DNA of 64,000 nt from Bacteroidota bacterium (GCA_031417555.1 JANOVV010000028.1:9914-73913), one strand, 5' to 3'. Positions 31,153 to 40,938 are shown, counted from the first letter of the stretch. Made by a program: numbers and translations. Notes: a model not told the origin generated them from the letters alone.

Positions 31153-31267
31153 TTGTTTTAAGTGGTTTTTAAATTAGCCCTTTACTAGTAATTAATACGG
31201 GGAAATAATATAAATTTCAATGTGTTATTTCGCAGAAAAAGCTCTTATTGTTGATTAACAGGTACTA

Positions 31268-31819
31268 TTATTTTCCTAAATGATTTTCTAATTTTAAATT
31301 TATTTCTTTGAGAAGTATAAATTGTTTTTCCTGAGTTTCAAAAAGTGTTTTAATTTGCTCTTCAAGTAATAGATCCATTTTTTGTTGTAAGCTTCTGATT
31401 TGCATTTCTGCTTTTAGGTTTATCAGATAATCATTTTCACCTCTTTTTCTGTCTTTTTCTTCTTGTCTGTTTTGACTCATCATTATGATTGGTGCTTGCA
31501 AAGCAGCTAAGCATGATAATATCAGATTCATTAATATAAAAGGATAAGGGTCGAATTTTAAATATCCTACAGCAATTGCATTGAAAATTATCCATAGTGT
31601 TAAAATAATACCAAATATTATAATGAATTTCCAGCTACCACCAAACCGGGCAACTTTATCGGATATTTTTTGTCCTTCAGTAAGTATTTCTTGTGGTGGA
31701 TTCAACAGATTTTGAACAATCAGTTTTTCTGCTTTAATAGTTTCGTTTACAATTTCATGTAACTTATTAAGTTGATTATTTTCATCATTCAAAAGTTGAT
31801 CAATTTCTTTATTGTCCAT
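31268..31819 (-). CDS. DUF1003 membrane protein
   Basis: DKVARFGGSW.FI, FDPYPFILMNL and QAPIIMMSQNRQ motifs. Confidence 0.9.
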   Translation of the reverse strand: MDNKEIDQLLNDENNQLNKLHEIVNETIKAEKLIVQNLLNPPQEILTEGQKISDKVARFGGSWKFIIIFGIILTLWIIFNAIAVGYLKFDPYPFILMNLILSCLAALQAPIIMMSQNRQEEKDRKRGENDYLINLKAEMQIRSLQQKMDLLLEEQIKTLFETQEKQFILLKEINLKLENHLGK

Positions 31820-31895
31820 TTTTTATTTTATTATTTTAGGGTCGGTGTAATTAATCTAATTACTATTTATAGTTAATTTAGCGAATTGATAGAAA

Positions 31896-31931
31896 CACAA
31901 AAACCCGTTTCGAATTGAAACAGGTTTTGTG
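31896..31931. terminator. Probable intrinsic terminator
   Basis: Imperfect inverted repeat CACAAAAACCCGTTTC...GAAACAGGTTTTGTG just downstream of the 31973-32656 gene. Confidence 0.65.
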
Positions 31932-31972
31932 CTTAAACAGGAGTACTTATATCAATTTAGAATTTCTTAAAA

Positions 31973-32656
31973 TTAAAATAGAAATGATATTCCCAGATAA
32001 CCTGAATATGTTTTAATCTTGGTTTGGTCAACTACATAATAAGTGTCTTTTACAACTGTTTTATTATTGTCGCTTATATCTATTAATCCAAGTACGCCCC
32101 GGAATCCTAATCCCAGCCGAAATGTTTGAGCATCATTTAAGCCGAAATCAATTCCTGCTCCATATGCTACGCCAATGTCACTTTTTTTAACTGAAAGTAC
32201 CGCTTGAGAGCTGTAAGTGCCATCTCCGCCGGTTGAATTAACGCTGCTTCCAACACTTAACCCAATTTGAGGACCTGCAACAATATTTAAATTTACCGGG
32301 TTTGACTTTCCTGTATTTAGAGAGAACAGCAAGGGTATGTTTATGTATTTTAAATTAATTTCCCTTTCAACATCCATTTCCTTGTATTTTTGTGAAATTG
32401 AACTATAAATTATTTCACCTTGAATTCCAACATGGTCTGTAAAATTAAATCCAAGAAAAGCGCCAACTCCATAACCAAGTGTTGCTTGACCTTTCACAGT
32501 TCCGCCTGATGAAGTTTTCATTTCAAAAGAGGATATGGTTGGCATATAGCGTAAACCAAATTCAACTTTTTTTTGTGCATTAGCATTTAATGTAAATGCA
32601 AATAATAAAATTACTAAAGAAATGCGGTTCATAATATCGTTTTTTAAATTGTTCAT
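31973..32656 (-). CDS. Outer-membrane beta-barrel (porin-family) protein
   Basis: Signal peptide, YINIPLL and AGPQIG motifs, alternating beta-strands and terminal Phe. Confidence 0.8.
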   Translation of the reverse strand: MNNLKNDIMNRISLVILLFAFTLNANAQKKVEFGLRYMPTISSFEMKTSSGGTVKGQATLGYGVGAFLGFNFTDHVGIQGEIIYSSISQKYKEMDVEREINLKYINIPLLFSLNTGKSNPVNLNIVAGPQIGLSVGSSVNSTGGDGTYSSQAVLSVKKSDIGVAYGAGIDFGLNDAQTFRLGLGFRGVLGLIDISDNNKTVVKDTYYVVDQTKIKTYSGYLGISFLF

Positions 32657-32676
32657 TTTATTTTAATTTATAAATA

Positions 32677-32743
32677 CAAATTTGCAACCTTTGAATTTAT
32701 ATAGTGTTACATAACTATTGAAATAAGTTACATTATTCTCACT
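32677..32743 (-). promoter_or_regulatory. Island promoter module, copy 2
   Basis: Cores at 32707 and 32728; -7 box CAAATTTG at 32677 (offset 30). Confidence 0.85.
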
Positions 32744-32881
32744 ATACTGTAATTTTCTTTCTATATTTATTTTGCAAATTTTCACAATGTATTTTATTTG
32801 CCATTTTAATTAAGTAGAAAATAAGTGTAATCATGATTATTTATTTCTGATGAAATTATTTTAAACTTTATAGTCTTTTTA

Positions 32882-33466
32882 TTATTGAAAGTAAACCTTA
32901 GCGCCAATACCAAAAAAGAATATATCAGTTATGGAAAGAGACTTCCAGTTATTGTGACCTACATAACTATTAAAGTAAAGTTCATTGGTATTTGTTTCAA
33001 AATAGATTGAGATTTTTTTCACACGTTTTGTGTTTACGTTATAGGATGCCTGTGTGCTTAGAAAAATATGAAAGCGAGTACTATTCGTCCAATTGTAATA
33101 TTGTTCTTCATATTGATCAGGCCATTTTATATGAAGATTGTGTCCGAAATTTTGGGTAATAAAAAAACCTGTTTGAATTGGTTCGAAACTTATAGTATTA
33201 TTTACCTGAATTTTAATTGGATTGTAAATAAACTTTAATCCAATTGTATTAATATTTCCACCAACAAATTTTGGTGTGAAACCATAAACAAATCCTAACT
33301 CAATTTTTTCATTGTTGGTTTGCCTGAAATATCCTGCAGACAACCAGCCAATACTGCCGGCATATTGCAGGGATAATGCTGCAGTTGGAAATATTTTTGT
33401 TTTCTTCTCTTCCTGAGCGAAAAGAATATGACTGGTAAGTAAAAAGAGGATGATAGTTGTTTTCAA
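32882..33466 (-). CDS. Hypothetical exported protein, probable beta-barrel
   Basis: Signal peptide, QYAGSIG motif and aromatic C-terminal strand. Overlaps the stop of the upstream metallophosphoesterase by 4 bp. Confidence 0.65.
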   Translation of the reverse strand: MKTTIILFLLTSHILFAQEEKKTKIFPTAALSLQYAGSIGWLSAGYFRQTNNEKIELGFVYGFTPKFVGGNINTIGLKFIYNPIKIQVNNTISFEPIQTGFFITQNFGHNLHIKWPDQYEEQYYNWTNSTRFHIFLSTQASYNVNTKRVKKISIYFETNTNELYFNSYVGHNNWKSLSITDIFFFGIGAKVYFQ

Positions 33467-34329
33467 TATGTAATTAGTTCTTTAATAATAGTTCCATGTA
33501 TTAATTTTATAATATAACATTCTGTTTTTTGAACACCGCTGCTATTTATGTAAAGAACTGCATCGTTGTTGTAGTATCTTTCACTTGGATCAACGTGATG
33601 CCCATGAAGTGATAATATAAATTCTGAATGTGATCCAAAAAGATTCATATATTCGTTTACTAAATTTGGATCAAAGTCGGTGCTCCAGGGTGGGATATGT
33701 GATGCACCAATAAACCATTCTGCTGTTGTGTCGTTAAGTTGTTCGGTAAGCCAGTCTATATGCGGAACAACTCCGGAAAAATTATATTCACGGCTATTAT
33801 CATCGTGACATAAAAATTTATTTCTTTTATAGGTAAAGGAAAAATTTTTTGGACCAAACATTTCTGTATAAACATCAGATCCCCGGGATGTTAAATCATG
33901 ATTTCCAATGACACTTATATAAGGGATATTTAATTTTTCAAGTCTTTCATGAATCCATAAAAACTCTTGTAGCAACCCAAAATCAGATATATCGCCATCA
34001 AGAAGTAAAAAATCAATGTTTGTATATTGATTAGCTTTCTCTACCAGATCATCAAGCCTGTCATAAAACCTTTGTGAATCACCTGTAAATAAAAAAGTAA
34101 CTGTATCATCTGAAATTGATTCTTTCGAAAGTAATTCTTCTATATTTTTCGCATTTAAATTGGTTGGACTATCAGAGTTTTTAATTTGAACCGGATTTAA
34201 TTCGAATTTATTGCAGGAAATAATTGATAATAACCCACTGGCAATAAATATTTTTATAAAAATAGAGTATATGTAATATGAATTTACATTCTTTATTTTA
34301 TTTTGAGCTTCAGGTTTCATAAATAGCAT
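33463..34329 (-). CDS. Calcineurin-like metallophosphoesterase, probable lipoprotein
   Basis: GDSQ, GDISD, GNHD, HIPP and HGH motifs; lipobox-like IISC. Confidence 0.85.
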   Translation of the reverse strand: MLFMKPEAQNKIKNVNSYYIYSIFIKIFIASGLLSIISCNKFELNPVQIKNSDSPTNLNAKNIEELLSKESISDDTVTFLFTGDSQRFYDRLDDLVEKANQYTNIDFLLLDGDISDFGLLQEFLWIHERLEKLNIPYISVIGNHDLTSRGSDVYTEMFGPKNFSFTYKRNKFLCHDDNSREYNFSGVVPHIDWLTEQLNDTTAEWFIGASHIPPWSTDFDPNLVNEYMNLFGSHSEFILSLHGHHVDPSERYYNNDAVLYINSSGVQKTECYIIKLIHGTIIKELITY

Positions 34330-34358
34330 TATTTAAAATGGCCAATCATTTTGGTATA

Positions 34359-34423
34359 CAAATGTTCTATTAATTTATCAAAGAATATTACATAATATTT
34401 ATAAAAAATTATAACATTCCACT
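34359..34423 (-). promoter_or_regulatory. Island promoter module, copy 3
   Basis: Cores at 34388 and 34409; -7 box AACATTTG at 34359 (offset 29). Confidence 0.7.
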
Positions 34424-34465
34424 ATGGTAGTCAGATTATCAAAGTTCATTAATTTTAAAATAATT

Positions 34466-34873
34466 TTATGCTAGGATTGTGAAAATGTTAGAATTTTGTC
34501 TTTTACTCCCCGATTTCAATAACTTTTTTATCATTTTTAATAGTATTTCCATTTCGAATGGTTTAACAATAAACTCATCTGCGCCTAGTTTCAAAGATTC
34601 GATTCGATCAATTTTTTCTGACATGGACGTACTGAAAATGAAAGGTATTTCTTTTGTTTTTGCAGTTTCTAAAAGTATGTGTAAGACTTCATAGCCATCC
34701 ATTTCAGACATTAATACATCACAAATGATTAAATCAGGATTGTATTCTTGTGCTAATTCTATTCCTTTTCGTCCGGTATTTGCAACAAGAATTTTATATC
34801 CTTCTATTTCGAGGAATTCAGATAAATTTTCTAAAATATTAATATTGTCTTCAATTAATAAGATTGTTTGCAT
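34466..34873 (-). CDS. Single-domain response regulator
   Basis: LLIED, ICDV.M..MDG and KPF motifs; no output domain. Confidence 0.9.
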   Translation of the reverse strand: MQTILLIEDNINILENLSEFLEIEGYKILVANTGRKGIELAQEYNPDLIICDVLMSEMDGYEVLHILLETAKTKEIPFIFSTSMSEKIDRIESLKLGADEFIVKPFEMEILLKMIKKLLKSGSKRQNSNIFTILA

Positions 34874-34898
34874 TTATTTAAGATTAGCAATATTTTTA

Positions 34899-35357
34899 TT
34901 AGTGCTCAACCATCATATCCCGCATACTTTTTACTTTGTCATGGTCAGCTTTTAATAATACAAGCTGCGCATTTATTAATGTTTGTTGCTCAGATGTAAT
35001 ATTCTCTATATCATTTTTTAATACTTTATTGTAGGTATCAATAGCAGCATCTTCTCCATATTCACATGAACTGAGAATTTCCTTGCGGTTTTTTCCGGTA
35101 AGTGCAGCTTTTACATCCATCCAAACTCTAAAAAATTTTCCGGATGTTTTAGTTCCCTCAATTGGGCTACCACCTAATTTATTGACTTCCGTAACTAATT
35201 CTACTTTGCATTTCTGACTTGTTTGTAAAAACATTGAAAATATTTTTTTTAAATCACCTTCTTCAGTTTCATTTAAGGCTGTTTCATACCCTTTAATTCT
35301 ATCATTATTAATTTCAATAAGCATATTTAATGCGTCGATTGATTTTTCTTTATTCAT
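34899..35357 (-). CDS. PA2169-family (DUF2383) ferritin-like four-helix-bundle protein
   Basis: LIEINNDRIKGY, RVWMDVKAAL and CEYGEDAA...Y motifs. Confidence 0.88.
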   Translation of the reverse strand: MNKEKSIDALNMLIEINNDRIKGYETALNETEEGDLKKIFSMFLQTSQKCKVELVTEVNKLGGSPIEGTKTSGKFFRVWMDVKAALTGKNRKEILSSCEYGEDAAIDTYNKVLKNDIENITSEQQTLINAQLVLLKADHDKVKSMRDMMVEH

Positions 35358-35369
35358 TTTATTTAATTT

Positions 35370-36980
35370 TTAAATTTTTATTTCTTCATTTATATTTATT
35401 CTTTTTAAATCAGATGATGCAGGACCATTAATAACTTTTCCTACAGTCGTAAAGCGCGAACCATGCATTGGACAATCAAATGTTTTCTCATCAGCATTCC
35501 AGTGGAGAATCGCACCTAAGTGAGGACATACTGCAGTGCAGGTATGAAGAGTGCTTTGCTCATCACAATAAACTGCAATTTTCTTTAGTCCTGCAGAAAA
35601 TATTCCGCCTTCACCTGGATTCAGTTTATTTGCTTCTTTTATATCATCTGAAGTTAGCCAGTCTCCATATTGCGCAACCACATTTCCAACTTCATGCAAA
35701 TAGTCACCGGTAGCTTTTAGTGAAATTCGTGAAGGACTATATATTTTAACCCATGGATTTTCTTTTCCACAAATTATATCTGTGATAATCATTCCCCCAA
35801 GTGTTCCGTGTGTCATACCATTACCCGAGTCACCGGTAATGATATAGATATTTTCATTACCTGGATTTTTACCTATGAATGCTAATGAATCAATAGGTTC
35901 CATTACTTGACCGGACCATTTGAATTCAATAGATTCAATAGCAGGGAATCGTTTCTTTGTCCATTCTGCTAGTTTAGTATAACGGTCAACTTCTTCTATA
36001 TTCTCATCATCTGCCTGACCTGTGCGGTGGTCTTCACCACCTGAAATCAGTATATCATATTTATCATCAAATTCTTCCAAACGCACATAATGATATGGTT
36101 TTGATATCCACATTGAATCATGATCACCGGTATCCCACCATAATGCATAAGGTAATGTTCCTTTAAGGATCTTTGCTGCTATAACATAGGTTCGATAAGG
36201 CCATTGCTTAGTGTGCATTGCGACCCAATCATTAACAGGAGTATTGGTAGCAACTACAATGTGATTTGCCTTTATCTTGAAGCCGTTTCCAGTAGCCCCT
36301 TCCTTAGAAATGTTTTCGGCTTTAGTTTCTGTATATATTTTTCCACCCAGTTGAATAAATGCATCTGCCAATCCTTTCATATAAAGAAGAATATGAAACT
36401 GCGCTTGATTTGAAAATTTAATACACGAATTATCTTTTTCTACTGATATGGAAGGAATTGAACTTAACAGCTCTGTGTCAAGTCCGGCATTTTTAGTTGC
36501 TTCGTATTCTTTCTCAAGCGTTTCTTTTGTATCCGTAGGATTTAAAAATAAAAAGCCATCAATCCTTTTAAAATGGCAATCTATCTCATGTAATTTAATT
36601 GTGTCTTCTATCCATTGAATTGCAGCCATATGGCTTTGAGCGGCTAATTGTGCAATATGTTTGTCAAATTTTTTTTCCAGTTCAAAATAACGATCATCAA
36701 GCGCACATGTAAGATGACCGGTTGTTCTGCCGGTTTCACCGCTTCCAATAAATCCGTCTTCGACCAAAACTACTTTACGACCTTCTTTTGCTAAGCAATA
36801 TGCAGTAGTAAGCCCGGCAATGCCGCCACCAATAATTAATATATCTGTTTCAATATCCTCTGTTAATTTCTCAAAAACGATAGGGTCTTGAGCAGAAGAA
36901 AACCAAAAGGAAAAATTATCTCCGGAGGTAATATTTTCATTTACGGGTTCGGAAGAAGTTGTATTTAATGGAACTTTCAT
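35370..36980 (-). CDS. FAD-dependent oxidoreductase with a C-terminal Rieske domain (YhfW-like)
   Basis: GGGIAG, GETGRTTGHL and WSGQ motifs; Rieske ligands CPHLG...DCPMHGSRF. Confidence 0.9.
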   Translation of the reverse strand: MKVPLNTTSSEPVNENITSGDNFSFWFSSAQDPIVFEKLTEDIETDILIIGGGIAGLTTAYCLAKEGRKVVLVEDGFIGSGETGRTTGHLTCALDDRYFELEKKFDKHIAQLAAQSHMAAIQWIEDTIKLHEIDCHFKRIDGFLFLNPTDTKETLEKEYEATKNAGLDTELLSSIPSISVEKDNSCIKFSNQAQFHILLYMKGLADAFIQLGGKIYTETKAENISKEGATGNGFKIKANHIVVATNTPVNDWVAMHTKQWPYRTYVIAAKILKGTLPYALWWDTGDHDSMWISKPYHYVRLEEFDDKYDILISGGEDHRTGQADDENIEEVDRYTKLAEWTKKRFPAIESIEFKWSGQVMEPIDSLAFIGKNPGNENIYIITGDSGNGMTHGTLGGMIITDIICGKENPWVKIYSPSRISLKATGDYLHEVGNVVAQYGDWLTSDDIKEANKLNPGEGGIFSAGLKKIAVYCDEQSTLHTCTAVCPHLGAILHWNADEKTFDCPMHGSRFTTVGKVINGPASSDLKRININEEIKI

Positions 36981-37024
36981 TTGAAAAATATAATGCTAAA
37001 TGAAATTTTTAAAATTTAAAAAAA

Positions 37025-37050
37025 CAAATTCCCGTGTGAGCGGGAATTTG
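37025..37050. terminator. Probable intrinsic terminator
   Basis: Hairpin CAAATTCCCG-tgtgag-CGGGAATTTG, followed by a T-run on the minus strand. Confidence 0.75.
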
Positions 37051-37059
37051 TGAAATATT

Positions 37060-37404
37060 TTACATATTTCCCTTTTGATTTTTTTGATTATCTGATCTGC
37101 CATTTTGTTGTTGAGATTTAGAATCTCCTGATTTTTTAGAGACAGTTGTTACTTCTTCTTCAGAAGAATTTTCCTCTCGTTCATCAGAATCCTGAACATC
37201 AGTATTAGTTCTACCTTGAGATGAAGAGGAACCCTGACGTTCTTGATTACCTTGTTGATTACTTTTTTGTGAGCCTTGGCCATTGTCGCGATTTGCCATT
37301 GGGTTATTTGGATTGGTTTCTTTTTTGTTGCCATCCTGCGAAGAAGATTGATTTGACTTGTTATCAGATTGCTGATTACGTTGGTCATTTTGATTTTTTT
37401 CCAT
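37060..37404 (-). CDS. Low-complexity hydrophilic (Q/N/S/D/E/K-rich) protein
   Basis: 114 aa with almost no hydrophobic residues, preceded by promoter module copy 4. Confidence 0.75.
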   Translation of the reverse strand: MEKNQNDQRNQQSDNKSNQSSSQDGNKKETNPNNPMANRDNGQGSQKSNQQGNQERQGSSSSQGRTNTDVQDSDEREENSSEEEVTTVSKKSGDSKSQQQNGRSDNQKNQKGNM

Positions 37405-37443
37405 TTTAATTTTTGTTTTAATTGTGAATTAATAATTACACAA

Positions 37444-37508
37444 CAAAGGTGAAAATATATGCTGTGATTAAGTTACATAACTATATCAAAAAGTTGTATG
37501 ATTCACTT
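37444..37508 (-). promoter_or_regulatory. Island promoter module, copy 4
   Basis: Cores at 37473 and 37494; -7 box CACCTTTG at 37444 (offset 29). Confidence 0.8.
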
Positions 37509-37851
37509 ATTAAATAAACTTTTAAGAAAGCTTAAAAACGAAAGATCACCTTTCTTAACTTGATCAATTAAATATTTTTAGAAAATTTAAAAAAGAAAGG
37601 GAATGTATTTATTCAAATACACTCACTTTCATACAAACTCATATATACTAATTAGATATAATAAACTTAATTGTTTTTTTTTGATTAGCTAATCTATTTC
37701 CATTACATACTATAAAAATTCGAAGGTGGTTTTAAATAATTGAAATTATTTTTTTACTTCAGAAAATCGGGACCCTGGCTAGGGGTTCCGGAGCAATAGA
37801 TAATTCCTGCAAAACTTTCTAGTAAATACTCTAATAAATAGTTGTATTATA

Positions 37852-38286
37852 TTAAAATATATTTTCAACTAATAAATTATTTTCATTTTTTTCTTTTCGT
37901 AAAAAAATAAATTCTTCGCGAATTTTATTTGCAATTTCTGCGCGTGACAGTTTATTATTTTCACAGTAAACCTTTAAATTTAATTGTTCACAAAACAATT
38001 TGTGCAATAATGGAGTATTTTCGAATTGTTTTAGTTTGAAATTATTTTTTAATTGGGACGGGAGGAGTTGTTCGTGTGCGATGTGAAAGACTAGTTTGAT
38101 AAGCGTTACACAAAGTGATGGATGTTTTTGTTCAATTAAATTTTGATTAAAAACTTCTTGAAATGTTCTGAATAGAATTTGTTCTGCTATTTCAGTAGTT
38201 GGTGAAATTTCAAGTGCTATCCCATAGACTAAGGGACTGTATGAATCGTAGATTTTTTCAAATTTTATCTCAGATTGCGATTTCAT
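37852..38286 (-). CDS. Hypothetical protein with a degenerate ECF-sigma region-2-like N-terminus
   Basis: FEKIYDSYSPLVYGIAL...AEQIL..TF resembles the start of ECF sigma factors; the remainder is divergent. Confidence 0.55.
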   Translation of the reverse strand: MKSQSEIKFEKIYDSYSPLVYGIALEISPTTEIAEQILFRTFQEVFNQNLIEQKHPSLCVTLIKLVFHIAHEQLLPSQLKNNFKLKQFENTPLLHKLFCEQLNLKVYCENNKLSRAEIANKIREEFIFLRKEKNENNLLVENIF

Positions 38287-38348
38287 ATTGCAATACTTTT
38301 TAAGTTATTTAAAATAAAATTGGAAGTATCTAATATTATTTATTGATT

Positions 38349-38468
38349 TTACGAACATTGACCGAGCAGAAACCAGATAATGGCGAATACGATTATTGTC
38401 CCAAAACAGCCACCACCCAATTTTTTTGCACCATATCCGGAAATAAGTCCTCTCAATAAATTATTCAT
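38349..38468 (-). CDS. 39-aa membrane micro-protein (not in the ORF track)
   Basis: MNNLLRGLISGYGAKKLGGGCFGTIIVFAIIWFLLGQCS*; ATG lies 28 bp after the previous stop; one TM helix. Confidence 0.7.
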   Translation of the reverse strand: MNNLLRGLISGYGAKKLGGGCFGTIIVFAIIWFLLGQCS

Positions 38469-38495
38469 AATATTTATTTTGACAGCAAGATTTAA

Positions 38496-38912
38496 CTATT
38501 GATTCTCATTTTGAGTAAAATTCTGATTTGACTTCTTTTTAAAACTTAAAATATTGAATAAAATATTTTCACCGGTTGTTTTAATACCTTCAGTATGTTT
38601 TGACACAACCTTTGCAATGGCAAATTGAAAAAGTGAACCTAATAGAATTTTTATTGGGTTTCTGGAACTTCCTAATAAAACCTTTTTTGAAATGTAACCG
38701 GTAGTCAATCCAATTACATTATTGAGTACATTATTTTTGAGTTCAGGTGATGAAGCAACATCAGCCAATGTACTTTTAATTAGATTTATTGGCTTTAAAC
38801 TTTCATAGGTAATTTGAAACTGTTCTTTAAGCACTAGAAATTCAATCTCTTTTTTTTTCTGCAAAACTTCAATGACTTTATTTAAAGCGTCTGTTTGATT
38901 TATATTTTTCAT
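38496..38912 (-). CDS. Hypothetical protein, third gene of the ytxH cluster
   Basis: Start overlaps the upstream stop at 38912; YESLKP.NLIK and GYISKK motifs. Confidence 0.7.
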   Translation of the reverse strand: MKNINQTDALNKVIEVLQKKKEIEFLVLKEQFQITYESLKPINLIKSTLADVASSPELKNNVLNNVIGLTTGYISKKVLLGSSRNPIKILLGSLFQFAIAKVVSKHTEGIKTTGENILFNILSFKKKSNQNFTQNENQ

Positions 38913-39262
38913 TAAAGCTTTTCCTTTAAAATTTGAGAAATGATACTATTGCTAATCGGATATTTAATCCATTGGTTCCGAAATGTGTAAAGTAGAATGA
39001 TTAGTAAAATATAAAAGGCTCCTACTATGAAAAAACCATAGTAAGTTTTACCCAGCATTTCACCAATCCACAAGGCGATTCCAATATTTATAATTAATGT
39101 AAACAATGCAACAACCATAGAAATTACCAAATGTACAGCCAGGGTTGATGCAACTTCAGCTGACTTGTCAATAGCATTCATTTTGAATAACTCTATTGTC
39201 GTTTTGCTAAAGTTTTCGGCTTTTTCAAAAAGCGTTTCTATTGGTGTTGCAGTGTCTTTCAT
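38912..39262 (-). CDS. Two-TM YqjE-like ('phage holin family') membrane protein
   Basis: T.IELFK...IDK helix followed by two TM helices (ALWIGEMLG..YYGF.IVGAFY). Confidence 0.7.
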   Translation of the reverse strand: MKDTATPIETLFEKAENFSKTTIELFKMNAIDKSAEVASTLAVHLVISMVVALFTLIINIGIALWIGEMLGKTYYGFFIVGAFYILLIILLYTFRNQWIKYPISNSIISQILKEKL

Positions 39263-39314
39263 AATAATTTAATGTTAGTTTCTATTTAGGATATGGTAGA
39301 AAATAAACTAAATG

Positions 39315-39593
39315 TTAAATAGTTGTACTCTTACCATCTTTTTTATATTCTTCATATTTATTTCTGCCTTTTGAAACAAGATTTTCTGCTTCTTCTTTCG
39401 AGTTCTCATAGCTTTTAGTGGCTGAGTTTACCGCATTTTCAATTTTTTCTTTAATTGATCCGGCAAATTCTTCACCTTTATCTAGAATTTGTTTTCTTGT
39501 TTTTGATCCTTTATCCGGAGCAAATAAAATTCCTAATATTGCACCTGCTGCAACTCCTGCTAATAATCCTAATAATACTTTACCTGATTTCAT
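39315..39593 (-). CDS. ytxH: YtxH-domain general stress protein
   Basis: GLLAGVAAGAILGILFAPDKGSKTRKQI. Confidence 0.9.
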   Translation of the reverse strand: MKSGKVLLGLLAGVAAGAILGILFAPDKGSKTRKQILDKGEEFAGSIKEKIENAVNSATKSYENSKEEAENLVSKGRNKYEEYKKDGKSTTI

Positions 39594-39712
39594 TTTTTTT
39601 ATTTATTTAAATTGTTTTTGAATACTATTTTTATTGAATGTATTATGATAATTTCTTTTTTTATTAATGGTGTTTCTAAGTTTTACTTTAATTGTAATAA
39701 TAAATGGAAGTG

Positions 39713-39778
39713 TAAAGATCGTTTTGAATAAAATGATTCAGGTTATATAACTATCTGAAAAAGTTATATAATTCCTGC
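39713..39778 (-). promoter_or_regulatory. Island promoter module, copy 5 (ytxH)
   Basis: Cores at 39743 and 39764; -7 box GATCTTTA at 39713 (offset 30). Confidence 0.8.
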
Positions 39779-39782
39779 TTTT

Positions 39783-40001
39783 TTATATTTTCTTTTTATC
39801 TGTTGCGATTATCAATATACCACCTACGAGCAATATGCCGCCAATTATTGGTGACCATTGTACCGGATGATTTTCATTTTTACTAATTTGAAGAGGACCA
39901 AGGTCTACTACTTTTTCTTTTGTTACATAATTAAAGCCGGTATAGATCATCATAATAACTCCTATTACAACGAGTACGATTCCTAAATTTTTAGTTTGCA
40001 T
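39783..40001 (-). CDS. Small two-TM membrane protein
   Basis: Two hydrophobic helices flanking TKEKVVDLGPLQI. Confidence 0.75.
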   Translation of the reverse strand: MQTKNLGIVLVVIGVIMMIYTGFNYVTKEKVVDLGPLQISKNENHPVQWSPIIGGILLVGGILIIATDKKKI

Positions 40002-40057
40002 TGTTTTTATTTTTAAATTATTTAAATTATTTAAATTATTTATTATTTTTATTTTTT

Positions 40058-40903
40058 CTAATTCAATGAATAGGAGATTCCAATCGGATACATGGAAGTA
40101 ACGTTTATTTTATGTCGTCGGCCTTCATGTAAATCAACTACCCAATTTCCTGTAAAAAATCCAATGGCGGCTGCCAGGATTTCATCGGAAAGCCAATGTT
40201 GGTGCTGATAAATTCTTGAAAACATTGTAAATCCTGCCGGAACAAAAGCAAGGATTTTTAAAGTTGTTGAATGTGCATGTCGTGACATAACAGTTGACAA
40301 AGCAAAAGCGCTTGTTGTATGTCCGCTGGGCATTGAGTGGTAATTGTAATCAAGAAGATTGAATGGATGATAAGTAAAAGCGCTTTCCGTACTTACCGGC
40401 CTTTCCCGGCCAATTCCTATTTTCAGTAGTGTTGTGAGTAATTCCGCATAAAGTCCGGCTTGTAGTAATTCAATAGAAATTTTTTTGGCGGCAGTATCTT
40501 TAGCAATTAACCCAAATATTCCAAAGGCCCCGGCCACACCGCCAATAGAATACCATTCACCAAATATTCTTCCTCCTTCAATTGGAGCACTGTAATAAAA
40601 TCGTTGTTCTCCTTGTGTTGAATTGGTTATCCTTTCATCAAATGGCATTACAGCAATTGTTGCAAGGCACACAGCACCCAGTTTCACCCAATCACTGCTA
40701 ACCCATTTTGTCGGTTGCTTGATGTATAAAGACGTTTCGTTGGCAAATTGTGGGAAACTGTATAATTTTTTTGCCAGCTTTTTTTCAAGTTTAATCTCTT
40801 TCGGAGTTTCTGGCGCCGTTACATCTTTCTTTTTTTCCTGAGCAAATGCATTACTACATAAAACAATAAATAGTAGGGTAGTAGTGAAAAATTTATTCTG
40901 CAT
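40058..40903 (-). CDS. PAP2-family phosphatase
   Basis: K....GRERP, SMPSGH and SRIY...HWLSD motifs. Confidence 0.88.
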   Translation of the reverse strand: MQNKFFTTTLLFIVLCSNAFAQEKKKDVTAPETPKEIKLEKKLAKKLYSFPQFANETSLYIKQPTKWVSSDWVKLGAVCLATIAVMPFDERITNSTQGEQRFYYSAPIEGGRIFGEWYSIGGVAGAFGIFGLIAKDTAAKKISIELLQAGLYAELLTTLLKIGIGRERPVSTESAFTYHPFNLLDYNYHSMPSGHTTSAFALSTVMSRHAHSTTLKILAFVPAGFTMFSRIYQHQHWLSDEILAAAIGFFTGNWVVDLHEGRRHKINVTSMYPIGISYSLN

Positions 40904-40938
40904 ATTAATAAAATATATTTTTTTAAATATTATTTATT

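Noticed and set aside
38912-39262. 'Phage holin' as evidence of a prophage
   Set aside because: No endolysin, structural or integrase genes are present; the context is a YqjE-like stress operon.
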